Virus record (IMG/VR): IMGVR_UViG_3300043602_000144
Length of the DNA stretch: 64,000 nt
Source: an uncultured virus (IMG/VR IMGVR_UViG_3300043602_000144)
Taxonomy: Duplodnaviria; Heunggongvirae; Uroviricota; Caudoviricetes
Strand: one strand, 5' to 3'
The notes beneath the pieces were generated by a model. That model was not told where the DNA came from. It worked only from the letters and a program-made list of their open reading frames with translations, and did not search any database. Below, piece by piece: positions 44,298 to 54,900 of the stretch. The stretch's first letter is position 1. Each line of letters opens with the position of its first letter. The position numbers were made by a program, and so were the translations under genes.

Positions 44298-46682
44298 TTA
44301 GATGAATACGCCGACATCGATCCGCTCGCCGACATGATAGTTGGCAAGCTCGTTGTCGCTGGTGCCCTCGCACCTGATCTTGTAGGCAGTAAGCGGCGCG
44401 CCACCAAGCGCCGCCAGATTCCAAGTGCAACGCATGATCAGCGTCGTTGGGTCGTCTGGATCAACTTCGTTCTCGATCAACGACGGTGTTCGCACCGAGA
44501 CATAGCTGGCACCGGTCAGCAGCCTCGGCAAGAACGTATGATATGGCGCGCCACGCCACGACTCCAACCTGAAGTCTACGTAGACCGTGTTGACTGGCTG
44601 ACCCACTGGCATCGTTCTCGCCGTGGACACATGCCGGAAGTCTTTGCGTGGGCGTTCAGTCAACGAACGACTGTTGGATGCTACCCCGATACCGGGCATC
44701 TCGTCGGTAGTGCCGACGAAGGTGACACGGAACTGAAGCAGAGGTGGCAATGCGTTGAGTGGATTGGTCTGATAGTAGCCAAGCGGCTTCCACTCGCTGC
44801 TGCCGCTGGGCTGCACCTCGAACGTGATCGAGGTTCCAGGCGGCTTCGTTGAATCATAGTTCAGGTCGATAGTGGCAATGCCGTTTTGCAACTCAAGCGG
44901 AATCAACTGCACTGTGCATCGGTTCGTCCTGAACTTGGCAAAGTTGAGCCGGAATGCCATGTCTCTTGTTAGATCGCCGGCAGCCCACGCACCATCTGTC
45001 GACGTGAACAACGAGCCTTGCGCAAACTTGTTATTATGCACCAAGGCAACAAAGTGATTGCCCGGAGTCTGCATCACGACAGCGTAGCGCGCACCCTTTG
45101 CCAAGTATGTCGGAAGGAATTCGACGCGAGTGTGGTTCGGCGGCGTGCGCATGTATCCCGGTGCGATAGTCGAGCGGCCGATCACCCGCTGATAGTCCGG
45201 CGCACCGACGTTGTTGCACTCGCAGATCATCACGTGAACGTCGCCAGTCGTGGCAATACGCGTGAAGAACAGGTCGACTGATGTGAGCCAGCCGCCCTGT
45301 GAGTTGAGGAAGGTCTGTGCGATGACCGATCCACTCAGTCCTTCGACAGTGACGATTTGTCGCCAGTAATATGAGTCAACGATCTCGTCAACCCAGAACT
45401 GCACCAGCCGAACAATGGTATGGCCGGGATTGTCCTGCACATCCAAGATCTGGAACGTCTCCGCACCTCGAGTTAGGATGTTTCTGATCGGGTCGTAGAT
45501 CAGGTCGGTATTCGGTGACATGCCGGTATAGCCACCGATGCCACCGTCGTTGCCTGGAGATTGAATCGACGTGATCCAGTCACGTCCGCTTGGTGCCCAC
45601 CACCAAGTCCCGTTCTGGCAGACGTAGAAGGCGCAACCCCACCGGATGCGCGTGCGGGTCTTGGTGCAAAGTTCCCACGAGATAGTTTGGAACTGATACT
45701 GTGATATCGAGATTTCACTGTCCTGCCCAAGGACCTCAAGCCGCGACACCTGATCATAAGCAGGCAGAACGAAGTTCGCTTGGTTGAACACCGCCGGGTC
45801 CATCGGGTTGAGCAAACCCATCTGCGAGTCGCGCTGCGCAGCGAAGGGGAACCTGATACCCTCTTCCACCTTGGCGAGATAATCAATGTGCGTCTTGTCA
45901 GACTCGTCATCAGTCAGGAAGTGATCGGCGCCCCAGAATGTATAGTTATCCGGCAGACCAGTCTTCTCTTTGACCCGCGCAACATCGGCAGCTATCTTCA
46001 TCACGAAGCGCATCGTCGCCGTACCGTTCAAGCGAGACTGCAATGCCGCGATGTCGGTGGCCAAGGTGTCAAGCCGTGACGCAGTGCGAAGACGCCACGC
46101 ATCGTTCTCGTTCATCCTGGCATCGAGGTCAGCAAGGTTCGGCGCGCGATTTTCCTCGACCATTGTGATCGAGATAATCCCGGTCGAGTCAAGCAATATC
46201 CACGCCACTGCCAGCACATTCGACGCCACTGTCGGCGGCTGCGGATCTGGACCTTCTGCACCGACCACCGATGAGACGTTGGCCCACCGTCGGTTCTCCG
46301 TTGAAACAACACGAGCCACGGTCGCGCGTGTTACCGGATCAGTTAAGAAAGTTCGCGGCTCGGTATCTGTTTCAATCTCCTGACCCCAGACAACGATGCC
46401 GACGTAACGTCGCGTGACCACCGGCAGCACGCCGAGCAGATCAATCGACGAGCCGCCTTCGTTGTCGTTGTAGAACACATGACCTGCGTGATAAAGTCTT
46501 CCGTTGCCAACCGTCACCACAGCCGGAGCGGTCTGCACTGTCGTGAAGCCCGTGAAGGCCATGGCAGGGATCAGAACATCGCCGACGATATGGTCGAACG
46601 AGTAGCGCGGGAACAAGCCGAAGTTGTTGAAGTCCTCGACCGTAACCTTCTGCCAGTCTTGGATATTGACCTTACGTTCCAT
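44298..46682 (-). CDS. Large baseplate/tail structural protein
   Basis: 794 aa after gpI; IAQTF..LTSVDLFF motif. Confidence 0.7.
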   Translation of the reverse strand: MERKVNIQDWQKVTVEDFNNFGLFPRYSFDHIVGDVLIPAMAFTGFTTVQTAPAVVTVGNGRLYHAGHVFYNDNEGGSSIDLLGVLPVVTRRYVGIVVWGQEIETDTEPRTFLTDPVTRATVARVVSTENRRWANVSSVVGAEGPDPQPPTVASNVLAVAWILLDSTGIISITMVEENRAPNLADLDARMNENDAWRLRTASRLDTLATDIAALQSRLNGTATMRFVMKIAADVARVKEKTGLPDNYTFWGADHFLTDDESDKTHIDYLAKVEEGIRFPFAAQRDSQMGLLNPMDPAVFNQANFVLPAYDQVSRLEVLGQDSEISISQYQFQTISWELCTKTRTRIRWGCAFYVCQNGTWWWAPSGRDWITSIQSPGNDGGIGGYTGMSPNTDLIYDPIRNILTRGAETFQILDVQDNPGHTIVRLVQFWVDEIVDSYYWRQIVTVEGLSGSVIAQTFLNSQGGWLTSVDLFFTRIATTGDVHVMICECNNVGAPDYQRVIGRSTIAPGYMRTPPNHTRVEFLPTYLAKGARYAVVMQTPGNHFVALVHNNKFAQGSLFTSTDGAWAAGDLTRDMAFRLNFAKFRTNRCTVQLIPLELQNGIATIDLNYDSTKPPGTSITFEVQPSGSSEWKPLGYYQTNPLNALPPLLQFRVTFVGTTDEMPGIGVASNSRSLTERPRKDFRHVSTARTMPVGQPVNTVYVDFRLESWRGAPYHTFLPRLLTGASYVSVRTPSLIENEVDPDDPTTLIMRCTWNLAALGGAPLTAYKIRCEGTSDNELANYHVGERIDVGVFI

Positions 46683-46697
46683 GAGTGTGTACCTCTC

Positions 46698-48089
46698 CTA
46701 GAGCAAGTTCGTGACTTGCTGATCCACTGTCGTCTCTGCGAAAGCGCGCTCTCTCAATTCGATCAAACGCGTCGGGTCATAAGCAACTCGAACTCTGTCA
46801 CGCATAGCTTGAGAAACAACGACGGCGCGATTGCTCCGATCGAAGTCCTGAAGCTGGACGGTGCTCGAGAAGTAATTGTCGTCCACCGTATAGCCCTCGT
46901 CGGCGAACCAACTGAACACGTCGTCCACGTCGTTGAGGTCGATCATGACGTCGGCCGTATAGGCTGGCCAACTCACGTAGTCAACCCCGACAAATGAGAT
47001 GCCTCCGGTGATGGTGGCGACGATGTCCGGGTCGTAGAGAAAGACGCGATCAGCTAGCATCCTCGCCGCATCGTACCCCGCATCCGCGTAGAAAACGACA
47101 GGCTGATAGGGACGTGGCTCGTTTGGCGGAAGTATGATGAGTGGGTTGATTTCTGGTTCTGGCGGCGGCAGCAGATTTCGCGAGTCCGCCCAATCTCCAA
47201 CAAAGAAAAACGAATTACCCCATCCGATATCCGACGTGCGCTCGTAGCGAACATCGATCGGGTCAAGTCCTGGCAGCACAGTGTCGAGATGCAGTTGCGA
47301 TAGTTCATGGCTGTAGCTTCCATCGATGCGGATCGTGATCAGCTTTGGCACCAAGGTTTCAGCGCACACGAACTGTTCATCATTGATAAAGTCTTCGGTC
47401 GTGAAGGCTGGACCGGCTAATCCTGGGATGGCGACACGCTCGAAGTCTACAGAGCCGACACCGTTGATTTCCTTGGTGAAAGTATAAATCTGCAGCGGAA
47501 TATCTTCCTTGCCTTTGACTCGCAGGAAAGCCTTCCGGCCGTGCAGCGCCTCACCGTCATCAAGCCCTACGAAGTCGTTGACCCCGCCATCCTGAACGTA
47601 GAGAACATCGACGCCATCCCACCCGATCCCTTCATAGAAGGTGATCCGTAGTTCCGGCATCAAGTGTATCCAGAAATCATATTCCTCCTTGCTCAGCGAT
47701 GGCGAAGCGAAGAACGCTTGCGGCGGTCGGATCGCCTGCACCAACTCGTAACCTTGCGGGCCAACGAAATCGCGACCGCTGTAGTGCAGCGCCATCTCGA
47801 TACCAGCCTGCGTGCCGCGCAGACTTTTGTATTCGAACTGTTTAGCAGTCCATTCCCTCTGGGTGCTTTCGCTCCAGCCTTCTTCCCAGAGCAGGACACC
47901 CATGGCATAGGCTAGATACGGCAGATTGTTATAGCTGATTGCGTATGGATCCCACTGATCATGAATGATTTCGGCATTCATAACAATCAGCCGCTCACCA
48001 TCGACGTCGGCCATCGCTTTCTCGAGGCCCGACGCAGCTCGATAGATAAGTTTGGCTCCTGGAGCCTTGATGATCTCTCCGTCGCTCAT
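46698..48089 (-). CDS. Baseplate wedge protein, P2 gpI-like
   Basis: WDP..LPYLAYAMGV..W..W..RGTQAGIEMAL. Confidence 0.82.
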   Translation of the reverse strand: MSDGEIIKAPGAKLIYRAASGLEKAMADVDGERLIVMNAEIIHDQWDPYAISYNNLPYLAYAMGVLLWEEGWSESTQREWTAKQFEYKSLRGTQAGIEMALHYSGRDFVGPQGYELVQAIRPPQAFFASPSLSKEEYDFWIHLMPELRITFYEGIGWDGVDVLYVQDGGVNDFVGLDDGEALHGRKAFLRVKGKEDIPLQIYTFTKEINGVGSVDFERVAIPGLAGPAFTTEDFINDEQFVCAETLVPKLITIRIDGSYSHELSQLHLDTVLPGLDPIDVRYERTSDIGWGNSFFFVGDWADSRNLLPPPEPEINPLIILPPNEPRPYQPVVFYADAGYDAARMLADRVFLYDPDIVATITGGISFVGVDYVSWPAYTADVMIDLNDVDDVFSWFADEGYTVDDNYFSSTVQLQDFDRSNRAVVVSQAMRDRVRVAYDPTRLIELRERAFAETTVDQQVTNLL

Positions 48090-49024
48090 ACGGCGCGACC
48101 AGCCATGGTCGTCGTTATGCCGGTCACCTTGACCACCCAGTCAGACGGAATGTAGATGTTTTCCGTAGGCTCGAGGATATCGACATGATGAACTCCTGAG
48201 ATCGAACATGCCGAATGAATGGCCGTGTGCGTATGATCATGACCGAGCCAATACTGTGCCTCGACCAGCTTCTGAAGATTTGCATTGATCCTAGCCATCG
48301 CCTGCTCAGGAACGGTTCCAGGATACAGCCACACCGCGATCTTGTAGGCTGTCTCCTTCACCTTCGGGCCGGAGATTGAGATAACATCCGTGAATCCTTG
48401 ACGTGAAAGATTCTGGATGTAGGCTCGAACCTGAACGAGTTGTTCTTGGGTCGGACTCGGGTTGTCGCTGTCGAGTCCCATCAGGCAAGTGATAACGATC
48501 GTCGGGTAGTAGTCGTACAAAACAGACCGAGTCGCCGTGACGTCGCGCAGCACCGGCAGCGCAGTCAGCGCCCAGAACTCATAGGCTTCCGCGGTGCCAT
48601 GCGGGGATAGGGTATTCGGCGATAGCCAGATTCGTCTTCGATATCGGTCGTCGCTTTCACCGGGGAGGCGCGGGACACCGCCGGGATAGCGCGAGGCGAT
48701 AGCGTCGAGATCAGTGCCGATGGCATAAGCCAACGTGATAGAACGCGCAGCTTGGTTGACACGATCACGAAGCAATAATTCAAAATACGTGCATACTTCT
48801 TGGTTGATCTTGATAGGATCAAATTCAAGATTTTCAACGTCGTATTGTGCCGCTGATGGTGGATCATATTCAGACCATAGTTGCTTGAGCCGCTGCATCC
48901 TTTGCGCAAGGATAGTTTCCGCATCGAGATCTTCCAGAACCTCCATGCGCTGGAGGTTCTCTGGAAGCAGAATAGAAATACGCTCAGTCAGTCTGTCGGT
49001 AAGAGCCTGCCCGCCGTCAGCCAT
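48086..49024 (-). CDS. Baseplate J-like protein
   Basis: RVNQAA..LAYAIGTDLD, RLPGESDDRYRRRI, HGTAEAYEFWA. Confidence 0.92.
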   Translation of the reverse strand: MADGGQALTDRLTERISILLPENLQRMEVLEDLDAETILAQRMQRLKQLWSEYDPPSAAQYDVENLEFDPIKINQEVCTYFELLLRDRVNQAARSITLAYAIGTDLDAIASRYPGGVPRLPGESDDRYRRRIWLSPNTLSPHGTAEAYEFWALTALPVLRDVTATRSVLYDYYPTIVITCLMGLDSDNPSPTQEQLVQVRAYIQNLSRQGFTDVISISGPKVKETAYKIAVWLYPGTVPEQAMARINANLQKLVEAQYWLGHDHTHTAIHSACSISGVHHVDILEPTENIYIPSDWVVKVTGITTTMAGRAV

Positions 49025-49029
49025 TATGT

Positions 49030-49596
49030 TTAAATCCCTTCGACTGAACCTGGAGTGGTTCCCATTCCGTAGGCGGGTGCGCCAGCCACCAGTCCTGCTT
49101 GACGTTCCCAGATATTGTAACCTCGGCTGACGAGACCGACTGGCCTTCGTTCTTCTGGTGAGTCGTTTCCTAGATGCCCTCGCGGCCGGTAGGTTCCCTC
49201 CATCGAGGTTGTCAGGTGACCTGTTCTCAGTTCTTCCGCAGAAGTCAAGATCGAACCGTCAGACCTCTGCCCGACTCGCACTCGCTGAATGCTGTAACAC
49301 GGCTCCCACAGATCGATGCCTGTGGAGATTGCCCAGTAGAAGCGAGTGATCGTAGTTTCCGTAGCGTTTTCCCCGATGAGGTGCGGCACAAATGAACCGG
49401 CCCATCTACGAAGAACCCTCTCGTGATACCGAGTCGAGAAAATCAACAGCATCGACTGGATGACATGATTCCACCCAGTCAACATCTTCCCGGTGTACCG
49501 ATCCATCCCGATCCGAACCGGGTTGAGAGTGATACGTCCGGCTTTGAGATCGGGCCAGATATCTAGATTCGGATCGTAGATGTTGGGTCCAGCCAT
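49030..49596 (-). CDS. Baseplate wedge W/gp25-like protein
   Basis: GMDRYTGK..HVIQS..IFST..RVLRR..GS..WEP. Confidence 0.85.
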   Translation of the reverse strand: MAGPNIYDPNLDIWPDLKAGRITLNPVRIGMDRYTGKMLTGWNHVIQSMLLIFSTRYHERVLRRWAGSFVPHLIGENATETTITRFYWAISTGIDLWEPCYSIQRVRVGQRSDGSILTSAEELRTGHLTTSMEGTYRPRGHLGNDSPEERRPVGLVSRGYNIWERQAGLVAGAPAYGMGTTPGSVEGI

Positions 49597-49597
49597 A

Positions 49598-50068
49598 CTA
49601 CCTCTGTGGAGTCGTCGGAGGAGGAGCCCGATCGGGTCGCTCATCGACCCCGCGTGGCGGTGTCACCGGCTGAGGGTTCGTCGATGACGTGTCGGTGTAT
49701 GGTTCCTGCTTTTCCTTTCCGGCTTTGTCCCTTGCAACGCGCTTTCTGTTGCGGACTGAGGCTGGCATGCCGGCGAAACTCGGAGCGCCGCTTTGCGCCG
49801 ACTTGCTGTATTTCGGCACGCGCTTCGGTGTCTCGTCGTTGTTCTTGCTTCGGCCGCGAGTGACCTGATCGAGGAAAGCTCGGCTTGTTTCGCTGAGCTT
49901 CGAAATAGGTTCCGTCCCCATCAGGCCTTGGTCGATCCAGTACTGGATCATCTGCGGCGTAGCAAGAACGAACTTTCCATCGTCGCCTGAGTTGACCCTC
50001 AGGCCGCCGAGCTCGTCACCAACATTCGGATCGTACACATAGTAGGTTTGCAAGATAGACTTCGACAT
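49598..50068 (-). CDS. Hypothetical protein
   Basis: AAGGAG RBS; between the V and W genes. Confidence 0.6.
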   Translation of the reverse strand: MSKSILQTYYVYDPNVGDELGGLRVNSGDDGKFVLATPQMIQYWIDQGLMGTEPISKLSETSRAFLDQVTRGRSKNNDETPKRVPKYSKSAQSGAPSFAGMPASVRNRKRVARDKAGKEKQEPYTDTSSTNPQPVTPPRGVDERPDRAPPPTTPQR

Positions 50069-50085
50069 AAGATTCTCTCCTTTGG

Positions 50086-50775
50086 TTAAGCGTCGTCGTT
50101 GTCGATCGGGTCGCGCTTGATAACTGGCGGGCGAGAGAAGATGATCTCGTTCTTCTTGACCACAACCCAGTCCTTATCCCACCGCATCTTGACGGCTTCC
50201 TTGTGGACCATCACTCGCGAGTCGGTGCCAACTCGGTTGGTGATGCCGGTGCCAGCGTTCATCCTCGTTTTCATCTTCGCCTTGCCACCACCGACGTGAC
50301 CTTTTTTCTTTTGCTGCTTGCCGCCTCCGCCCTGTTGCTGCTGACCGCCCTGTTGCTGCTTCTTGCTGTCGTCAGGCTGCAGCCATTGGTCGTGACCGTC
50401 TTTCGTTTGCTTCGCGCGATAGTCTTCAAGCTGATATGATTCTTCATCTTGTCCAGAAGAATCAGCTTGCTCCGGTCGCTTGAAATCTTTGTTCGGGGCG
50501 TAAGGTGAAATCGACCCCTGACGGATATCGCCACCCGGACAAATGAGTTGCAGCGTCTGACCCTTTTTATAAAACTTGGCTTCGGTCGCACCGCCTCTGT
50601 GGTTTGCAGTGTTGAGCCATGGCGACAAGACTTCTTTCCCCTGATCATCCTTGCCGATGACCATGCGCAGCTTGTCGCCCTTGACTTCTTTCACCGTCCC
50701 GACCTGGAACATATTCGACATGGTCCTACGAAGTTCTGCGACTTGCTGGATCAAGCGCTGATAATCTTCGCTCAT
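50086..50775 (-). CDS. Baseplate spike, gpV-like
   Basis: GTVKEV..SPWL..GQ..LICPGGD OB-fold pattern. Confidence 0.8.
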   Translation of the reverse strand: MSEDYQRLIQQVAELRRTMSNMFQVGTVKEVKGDKLRMVIGKDDQGKEVLSPWLNTANHRGGATEAKFYKKGQTLQLICPGGDIRQGSISPYAPNKDFKRPEQADSSGQDEESYQLEDYRAKQTKDGHDQWLQPDDSKKQQQGGQQQQGGGGKQQKKKGHVGGGKAKMKTRMNAGTGITNRVGTDSRVMVHKEAVKMRWDKDWVVVKKNEIIFSRPPVIKRDPIDNDDA

Positions 50776-50788
50776 GTTATCTCCTCAG

Positions 50789-51424
50789 TCATTTCAACTC
50801 GATCCTGATGTTCTTCACCGTCCGATCCATAATTGTTTGGGCAAGTTGTCTCAGCGTCTGGCTTTCATTAATTCTTGCTGACCCTGAACGTCTAGCCGAA
50901 CTTGTTCCACTCAGTGAAGTCATTGTGACTGGAAGTCTTTTCTTCGAAACATACGGCATGATGACGCATCGACAATGTGGATGCTTTGGAACATGCGCCA
51001 TTGCGACCTCGACCGGCATCGGTCCAGCAGCCGCAAGCTCTTCACAATCCATGCAGACCAGTTCATCTTCTTGTGATTTCACAATAACCTTCTGCCCTGG
51101 AGAGAATGGACCGAAGCCCTTTTCCTTCTTGCCTTCCAGTTTCCTGGCAGTCGGCTCCCCAGATAGAAGTTCAGGAGGAACTTTTATGTCGTAGTTGAGA
51201 TTGTTCCTCGTAGCTCTTTTTACTTTGATCAAACCTCTGACCTGTTCAAGTCCGAGTCCGGTATCCTTTGCGAGAGAAGCACTCAACGTCGCTACTAGAT
51301 TATCACCAGTTTCATTAAGACTTGCAGAGATCGATGGTCTGGTGACCGCCTTCACCTTGAGAAATTTATCAACGTATCCAAGAAGTCCGCCAGTCTCGAC
51401 ACCTATTTTGAATAGATCAGGCAT
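50789..51424 (-). CDS. Minor tail/neck protein with a Cys/His insert
   Basis: ISASLNETG.. helical N-terminus; CMDC..HPHCRC. Confidence 0.55.
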   Translation of the reverse strand: MPDLFKIGVETGGLLGYVDKFLKVKAVTRPSISASLNETGDNLVATLSASLAKDTGLGLEQVRGLIKVKRATRNNLNYDIKVPPELLSGEPTARKLEGKKEKGFGPFSPGQKVIVKSQEDELVCMDCEELAAAGPMPVEVAMAHVPKHPHCRCVIMPYVSKKRLPVTMTSLSGTSSARRSGSARINESQTLRQLAQTIMDRTVKNIRIELK

Positions 51425-52316
51425 CCCCGTCAACCTTGATCTTGTCGCTTCGTTCTCTTGTCTTAATCGTGCCGACCTTTGCACCGATCCCGAACTTCAA
51501 TTCCAGCTGCTCATCCTCGAGTATGATCTCACGGAGAACAGGAGCTTCACCGTTAGCGTCCGTAAGATCTTCCCCGTAGCGCGTGGCAATGATCGGAAGG
51601 TTAGACGTCAGCGGAGCCTGACCAATCCCGCGGAGACCGAGTCGTCTCAAGCCGAGGCTGGCCTGCACCTGTTCCCACTTAGGTGTGGAAGTTTGGGAAA
51701 CAAGAGCTTCGCATATTTCCCCGACGTGATCCATGTTAGCTTCCGGGTGCGCCTTGGCTACATCGGTGAAAGTTCTGATAGGATGTCCCGGTGGAACGGG
51801 GACACCTAACGGGATATCTGATACGACGTCGCACACGAAGGCAAGCTGCCGCGCAGCCCACCTCCTGTCTCGTTCTGCAGAAGCGCCTCGTTGACCAGAC
51901 ATCCGCTCGACGCTAATCACCATTTCCTTTAGGAGCTCTGACCAAGCGGATTGCGGATTGCCGAACAACGCGATGACGGCTTGGTCCTCGACCATGTCGA
52001 GAGCGATTTCCATTCCTTCGTCAGTTAGCGGTGTCTTCAGCATCGCCTCTCCGGTGGCACCTTCCACTTTGCTGGCCACGCCAATTTCTAGAACGAGACT
52101 AAGCTCTCGCTTGACACCGTACAGATCTGTGCCGTCAACCTCGATACGATTGTCTGCATCGGTGTAGACAACGATGTACGGCTTGGCTGCAGAGTTCAAA
52201 GTCAGCGCTTCAGACAGCGGAGTATTGTCACTGTCGAACACTCTGTCGTCAGCCCAAGTGCGGCCGCGAAGAGCCGCCACTGCGCAGAGTCTGGTGAGCA
52301 TTCTAATGACACTCAT
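51417..52316 (-). CDS. Putative tail-completion protein
   Basis: ALRGRTWADDRVFDS..PYIVVYTD; position in the operon. Confidence 0.55.
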   Translation of the reverse strand: MSVIRMLTRLCAVAALRGRTWADDRVFDSDNTPLSEALTLNSAAKPYIVVYTDADNRIEVDGTDLYGVKRELSLVLEIGVASKVEGATGEAMLKTPLTDEGMEIALDMVEDQAVIALFGNPQSAWSELLKEMVISVERMSGQRGASAERDRRWAARQLAFVCDVVSDIPLGVPVPPGHPIRTFTDVAKAHPEANMDHVGEICEALVSQTSTPKWEQVQASLGLRRLGLRGIGQAPLTSNLPIIATRYGEDLTDANGEAPVLREIILEDEQLELKFGIGAKVGTIKTRERSDKIKVDGDA

Positions 52317-52717
52317 TCTTCGATGACCTTCAAGAGATTGACATCGGGACGACCACCTGGATCGTCATGAATGTAACTGACCTCGTAGGTCTCATCCCTT
52401 TCTGGGAAGAATACTCTGTCACCCTTTCTCAGGTCGCACTGGATCACCGGCTCTTGACGGATCGACAAGCTGACACCGACAGTCGCCTGCTTGTGCATGA
52501 AGCCACTTTGAGAGCCTGCGGTGTTTTCGATAATTCCACGAGCCTGATCGAAGATACCTCTCGTGATAATGGGCTGCCGACTATCGTCAGGAAGAGCCTC
52601 ACGGTAGCCACTGCTCATCGTCTTCATTGGCTTCAAAACTACAGGTTCGCCGAATGCGTCATCGACCGCGTCGTCTATTGGTTTCGTGTCGTTGACTACG
52701 GTCTTCGTTTTCGCCAT
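52313..52717 (-). CDS. Head-tail joining (head closure) protein
   Basis: DDAFGEPV..RKGDRV..YEV; position in the operon. Confidence 0.65.
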   Translation of the reverse strand: MAKTKTVVNDTKPIDDAVDDAFGEPVVLKPMKTMSSGYREALPDDSRQPIITRGIFDQARGIIENTAGSQSGFMHKQATVGVSLSIRQEPVIQCDLRKGDRVFFPERDETYEVSYIHDDPGGRPDVNLLKVIEE

Positions 52718-53100
52718 CAGCCGTGCTCTATCAATGCTGAGACGATACTCACCTGATTACCTTCTTCAAGGTATGTCGTGTCAAGGACAATCTCGAAGTC
52801 GTGGATATTATCCTGCGTCACGTCGACACCGACACTCAAGTCGTCGATCACAAGATTGCCTGCACCATCAGTAATCGTACCGATGGTTGCAGTCCCAGTA
52901 ATCGTAACGAACGCTGTCGTGGGTGCAGCCAACTGAAGATCCGACCCCACGAGATAGAACGATGGTCTTGTCAAAAGCAAACTGGCGAGGATCGTTCGAT
53001 CAGCAGCCCGAAGCTCGATGCGTCCTGGCCCATTGCCGCCGTCGATCGAGTTGACGACCTGAGTCATTCGCAGTCGCTGAAGAGGAAGAGAGTATTCCAT
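52717..53100 (-). CDS. Hypothetical virion protein
   Basis: Beta-rich ORF in the head-tail block. Confidence 0.55.
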   Translation of the reverse strand: MEYSLPLQRLRMTQVVNSIDGGNGPGRIELRAADRTILASLLLTRPSFYLVGSDLQLAAPTTAFVTITGTATIGTITDGAGNLVIDDLSVGVDVTQDNIHDFEIVLDTTYLEEGNQVSIVSALIEHG

Positions 53101-53101
53101 T

Positions 53102-53563
53102 TCACACCACCGCTACATGAGCCACGTTTCGTCTAAGGAACGACAGATACAATTGACCGTAGGGAGTCGACTCCCAGAACTCAGCGGAAGAAGCTGACGT
53201 ACCTCCACTGCTGGTTTTCTTTTCCTCAGGGGCTCCGACCCTTTCGTAAGTGACCGCCCTGTCTCGGAAGCGGACAGACTTGGCCCAGATCTTGCCGATC
53301 TCGGGATCAGTAATCCCTCCGCCGCCACCACTCCCATCGTCGCTGCCGCTGAGCTCACCGCCGCTCACCCTATCGTGAAGCGAGAGGTAATGTGCAGCGG
53401 CATACATCGATCCGACCTTGGCGTCAGCTGGGAACCAGAACGTGTCAACCCACATAACACCGATATCCAGGTACAGCTGGACGGTCGGATCAGGGACCTC
53501 GGAGAACTCCGGGAAGGCGGCCCGGAATTCTGCGATGGTCGGGGGCATTGATGGGTTGATCAT
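53102..53563 (-). CDS. Head-tail adaptor (DUF4054-like)
   Basis: EFRAAFPEF, AAHYL, STPYGQLY. Confidence 0.85.
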   Translation of the reverse strand: MINPSMPPTIAEFRAAFPEFSEVPDPTVQLYLDIGVMWVDTFWFPADAKVGSMYAAAHYLSLHDRVSGGELSGSDDGSGGGGGITDPEIGKIWAKSVRFRDRAVTYERVGAPEEKKTSSGGTSASSAEFWESTPYGQLYLSFLRRNVAHVAVV

Positions 53564-53564
53564 C

Positions 53565-53843
53565 TTACTTTTCTTTCGAAGCAGCCGCCTTTTTCGATTC
53601 TGCTTCTGCCTTCTTGGCGTCGGCTTCCTTCTGCTCCTTAGCAGAAAGTTTCTTCACGCCGCCATGACTGCCGCTCAACTCGAACGGGGCCTCTTCTTCA
53701 TTCTCAAGAAGTTCCTTGAGTTTGTTGAAGTCAGCCTCCGTCATGTTGAACTCTTTCTCTTCGCCTGGCTGAACAGTGACATGCTCTCCTTGCTCATCAT
53801 AAAAGCCTCGCACTGCCCTGCCGATATTCTTAACCTTGGCCAT
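53565..53843 (-). CDS. Hypothetical virion protein
   Basis: AGGAGG RBS, start MAKVKN. Confidence 0.6.
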   Translation of the reverse strand: MAKVKNIGRAVRGFYDEQGEHVTVQPGEEKEFNMTEADFNKLKELLENEEEAPFELSGSHGGVKKLSAKEQKEADAKKAEAESKKAAASKEK

Positions 53844-53891
53844 CTGGCCCTCCTGTTTGTTTGACAATGATACAGACGAACCCGACGGGGT

Positions 53892-54845
53892 TTAGATCCC
53901 GTCGAGATATCGCATTGCGGCAGGCATCCTGATCTCGAGACCGCCGACCCGGAAGATGCCGGGAACGTCGAAGATCATCGGACCACGCTGCCAAACATCC
54001 AGGAACCTGTGCCGCATCGGGATCCACATCTTGAGCACCGACGGATCACGACGATAAGCAACCATGCGCGAGATGCCACCGAGGCCTGCGGTTTCAAGAC
54101 CACGAACGGCTGCGAGGGTGATTGGCCTGCCGGTCTGCACCGTCAGCACGTTGTAGTTCTTGATCCAATCCAGCAACGTGATCGGCTGGCCCTGGAACAT
54201 TCGACCAGCCATGCCGACGAGAACACCTGGAGGGAGCAGGATCGTATCGGCATAGAACATCCAATTCGATCCAGATGCGATGCCGGTCAGTGCGCTATTA
54301 ACATCGCGGATGATCTGGTCGTTCGTCTTGTTGGCGAACAAGGTTGAAGAACCAGTGCCGTCGGCAGGAGCAGTCGTTGCGGTGACCAACGACGAGTTGA
54401 TCAACCCCTGCATGTTCTTCGCGACTGAGCCGCGAAGTGCGATGTTGTCTACGAACTCTTCGTAGGCTCGCCGGCATGCCGTGGCTTTGTCGGCGGTGAG
54501 GTTGAGCCCCGGAGTGTTCATGGCCGTGGCAACTTCTTCGATGGTCCACCGATAGCCGATGGCTGCCATCTCGATACCACGCTCGAACTTCTCGCGGGCC
54601 AGATCGGCCAGCGGAACATCCAGTGCCTGATGGTGGAACCAATCAGCACGACCCACCATGTCTGCAGAGAAGTAGGTGATAGACTTCACCCACTCGTTGC
54701 CGGTCGAAGTCTCGACCGGGACGAGGTCCGGATACTGGACTTCAGGATACTGGATCCTGACTACCTGTTGTTCGATAAACGTGTTCTGGTTAACGACGAA
54801 GTTGAACGCGCTCTGTTGCGCGTCACGAGTGTAGATGTCTCTCAT
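53892..54845 (-). CDS. Major capsid protein (DUF2184-type, HK97 fold)
   Basis: YPEVQY.DLVPV, IGYRWTIEE, GLIN, DTILLP, RMVAYRRDP, GGLEIRMPAAMRYLDGI. Confidence 0.92.
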   Translation of the reverse strand: MRDIYTRDAQQSAFNFVVNQNTFIEQQVVRIQYPEVQYPDLVPVETSTGNEWVKSITYFSADMVGRADWFHHQALDVPLADLAREKFERGIEMAAIGYRWTIEEVATAMNTPGLNLTADKATACRRAYEEFVDNIALRGSVAKNMQGLINSSLVTATTAPADGTGSSTLFANKTNDQIIRDVNSALTGIASGSNWMFYADTILLPPGVLVGMAGRMFQGQPITLLDWIKNYNVLTVQTGRPITLAAVRGLETAGLGGISRMVAYRRDPSVLKMWIPMRHRFLDVWQRGPMIFDVPGIFRVGGLEIRMPAAMRYLDGI

Positions 54846-54900
54846 TTTACCGCCTCCTGACGGATTCTAAATGATGGATGCGAAAACGTCGGGATGACGC

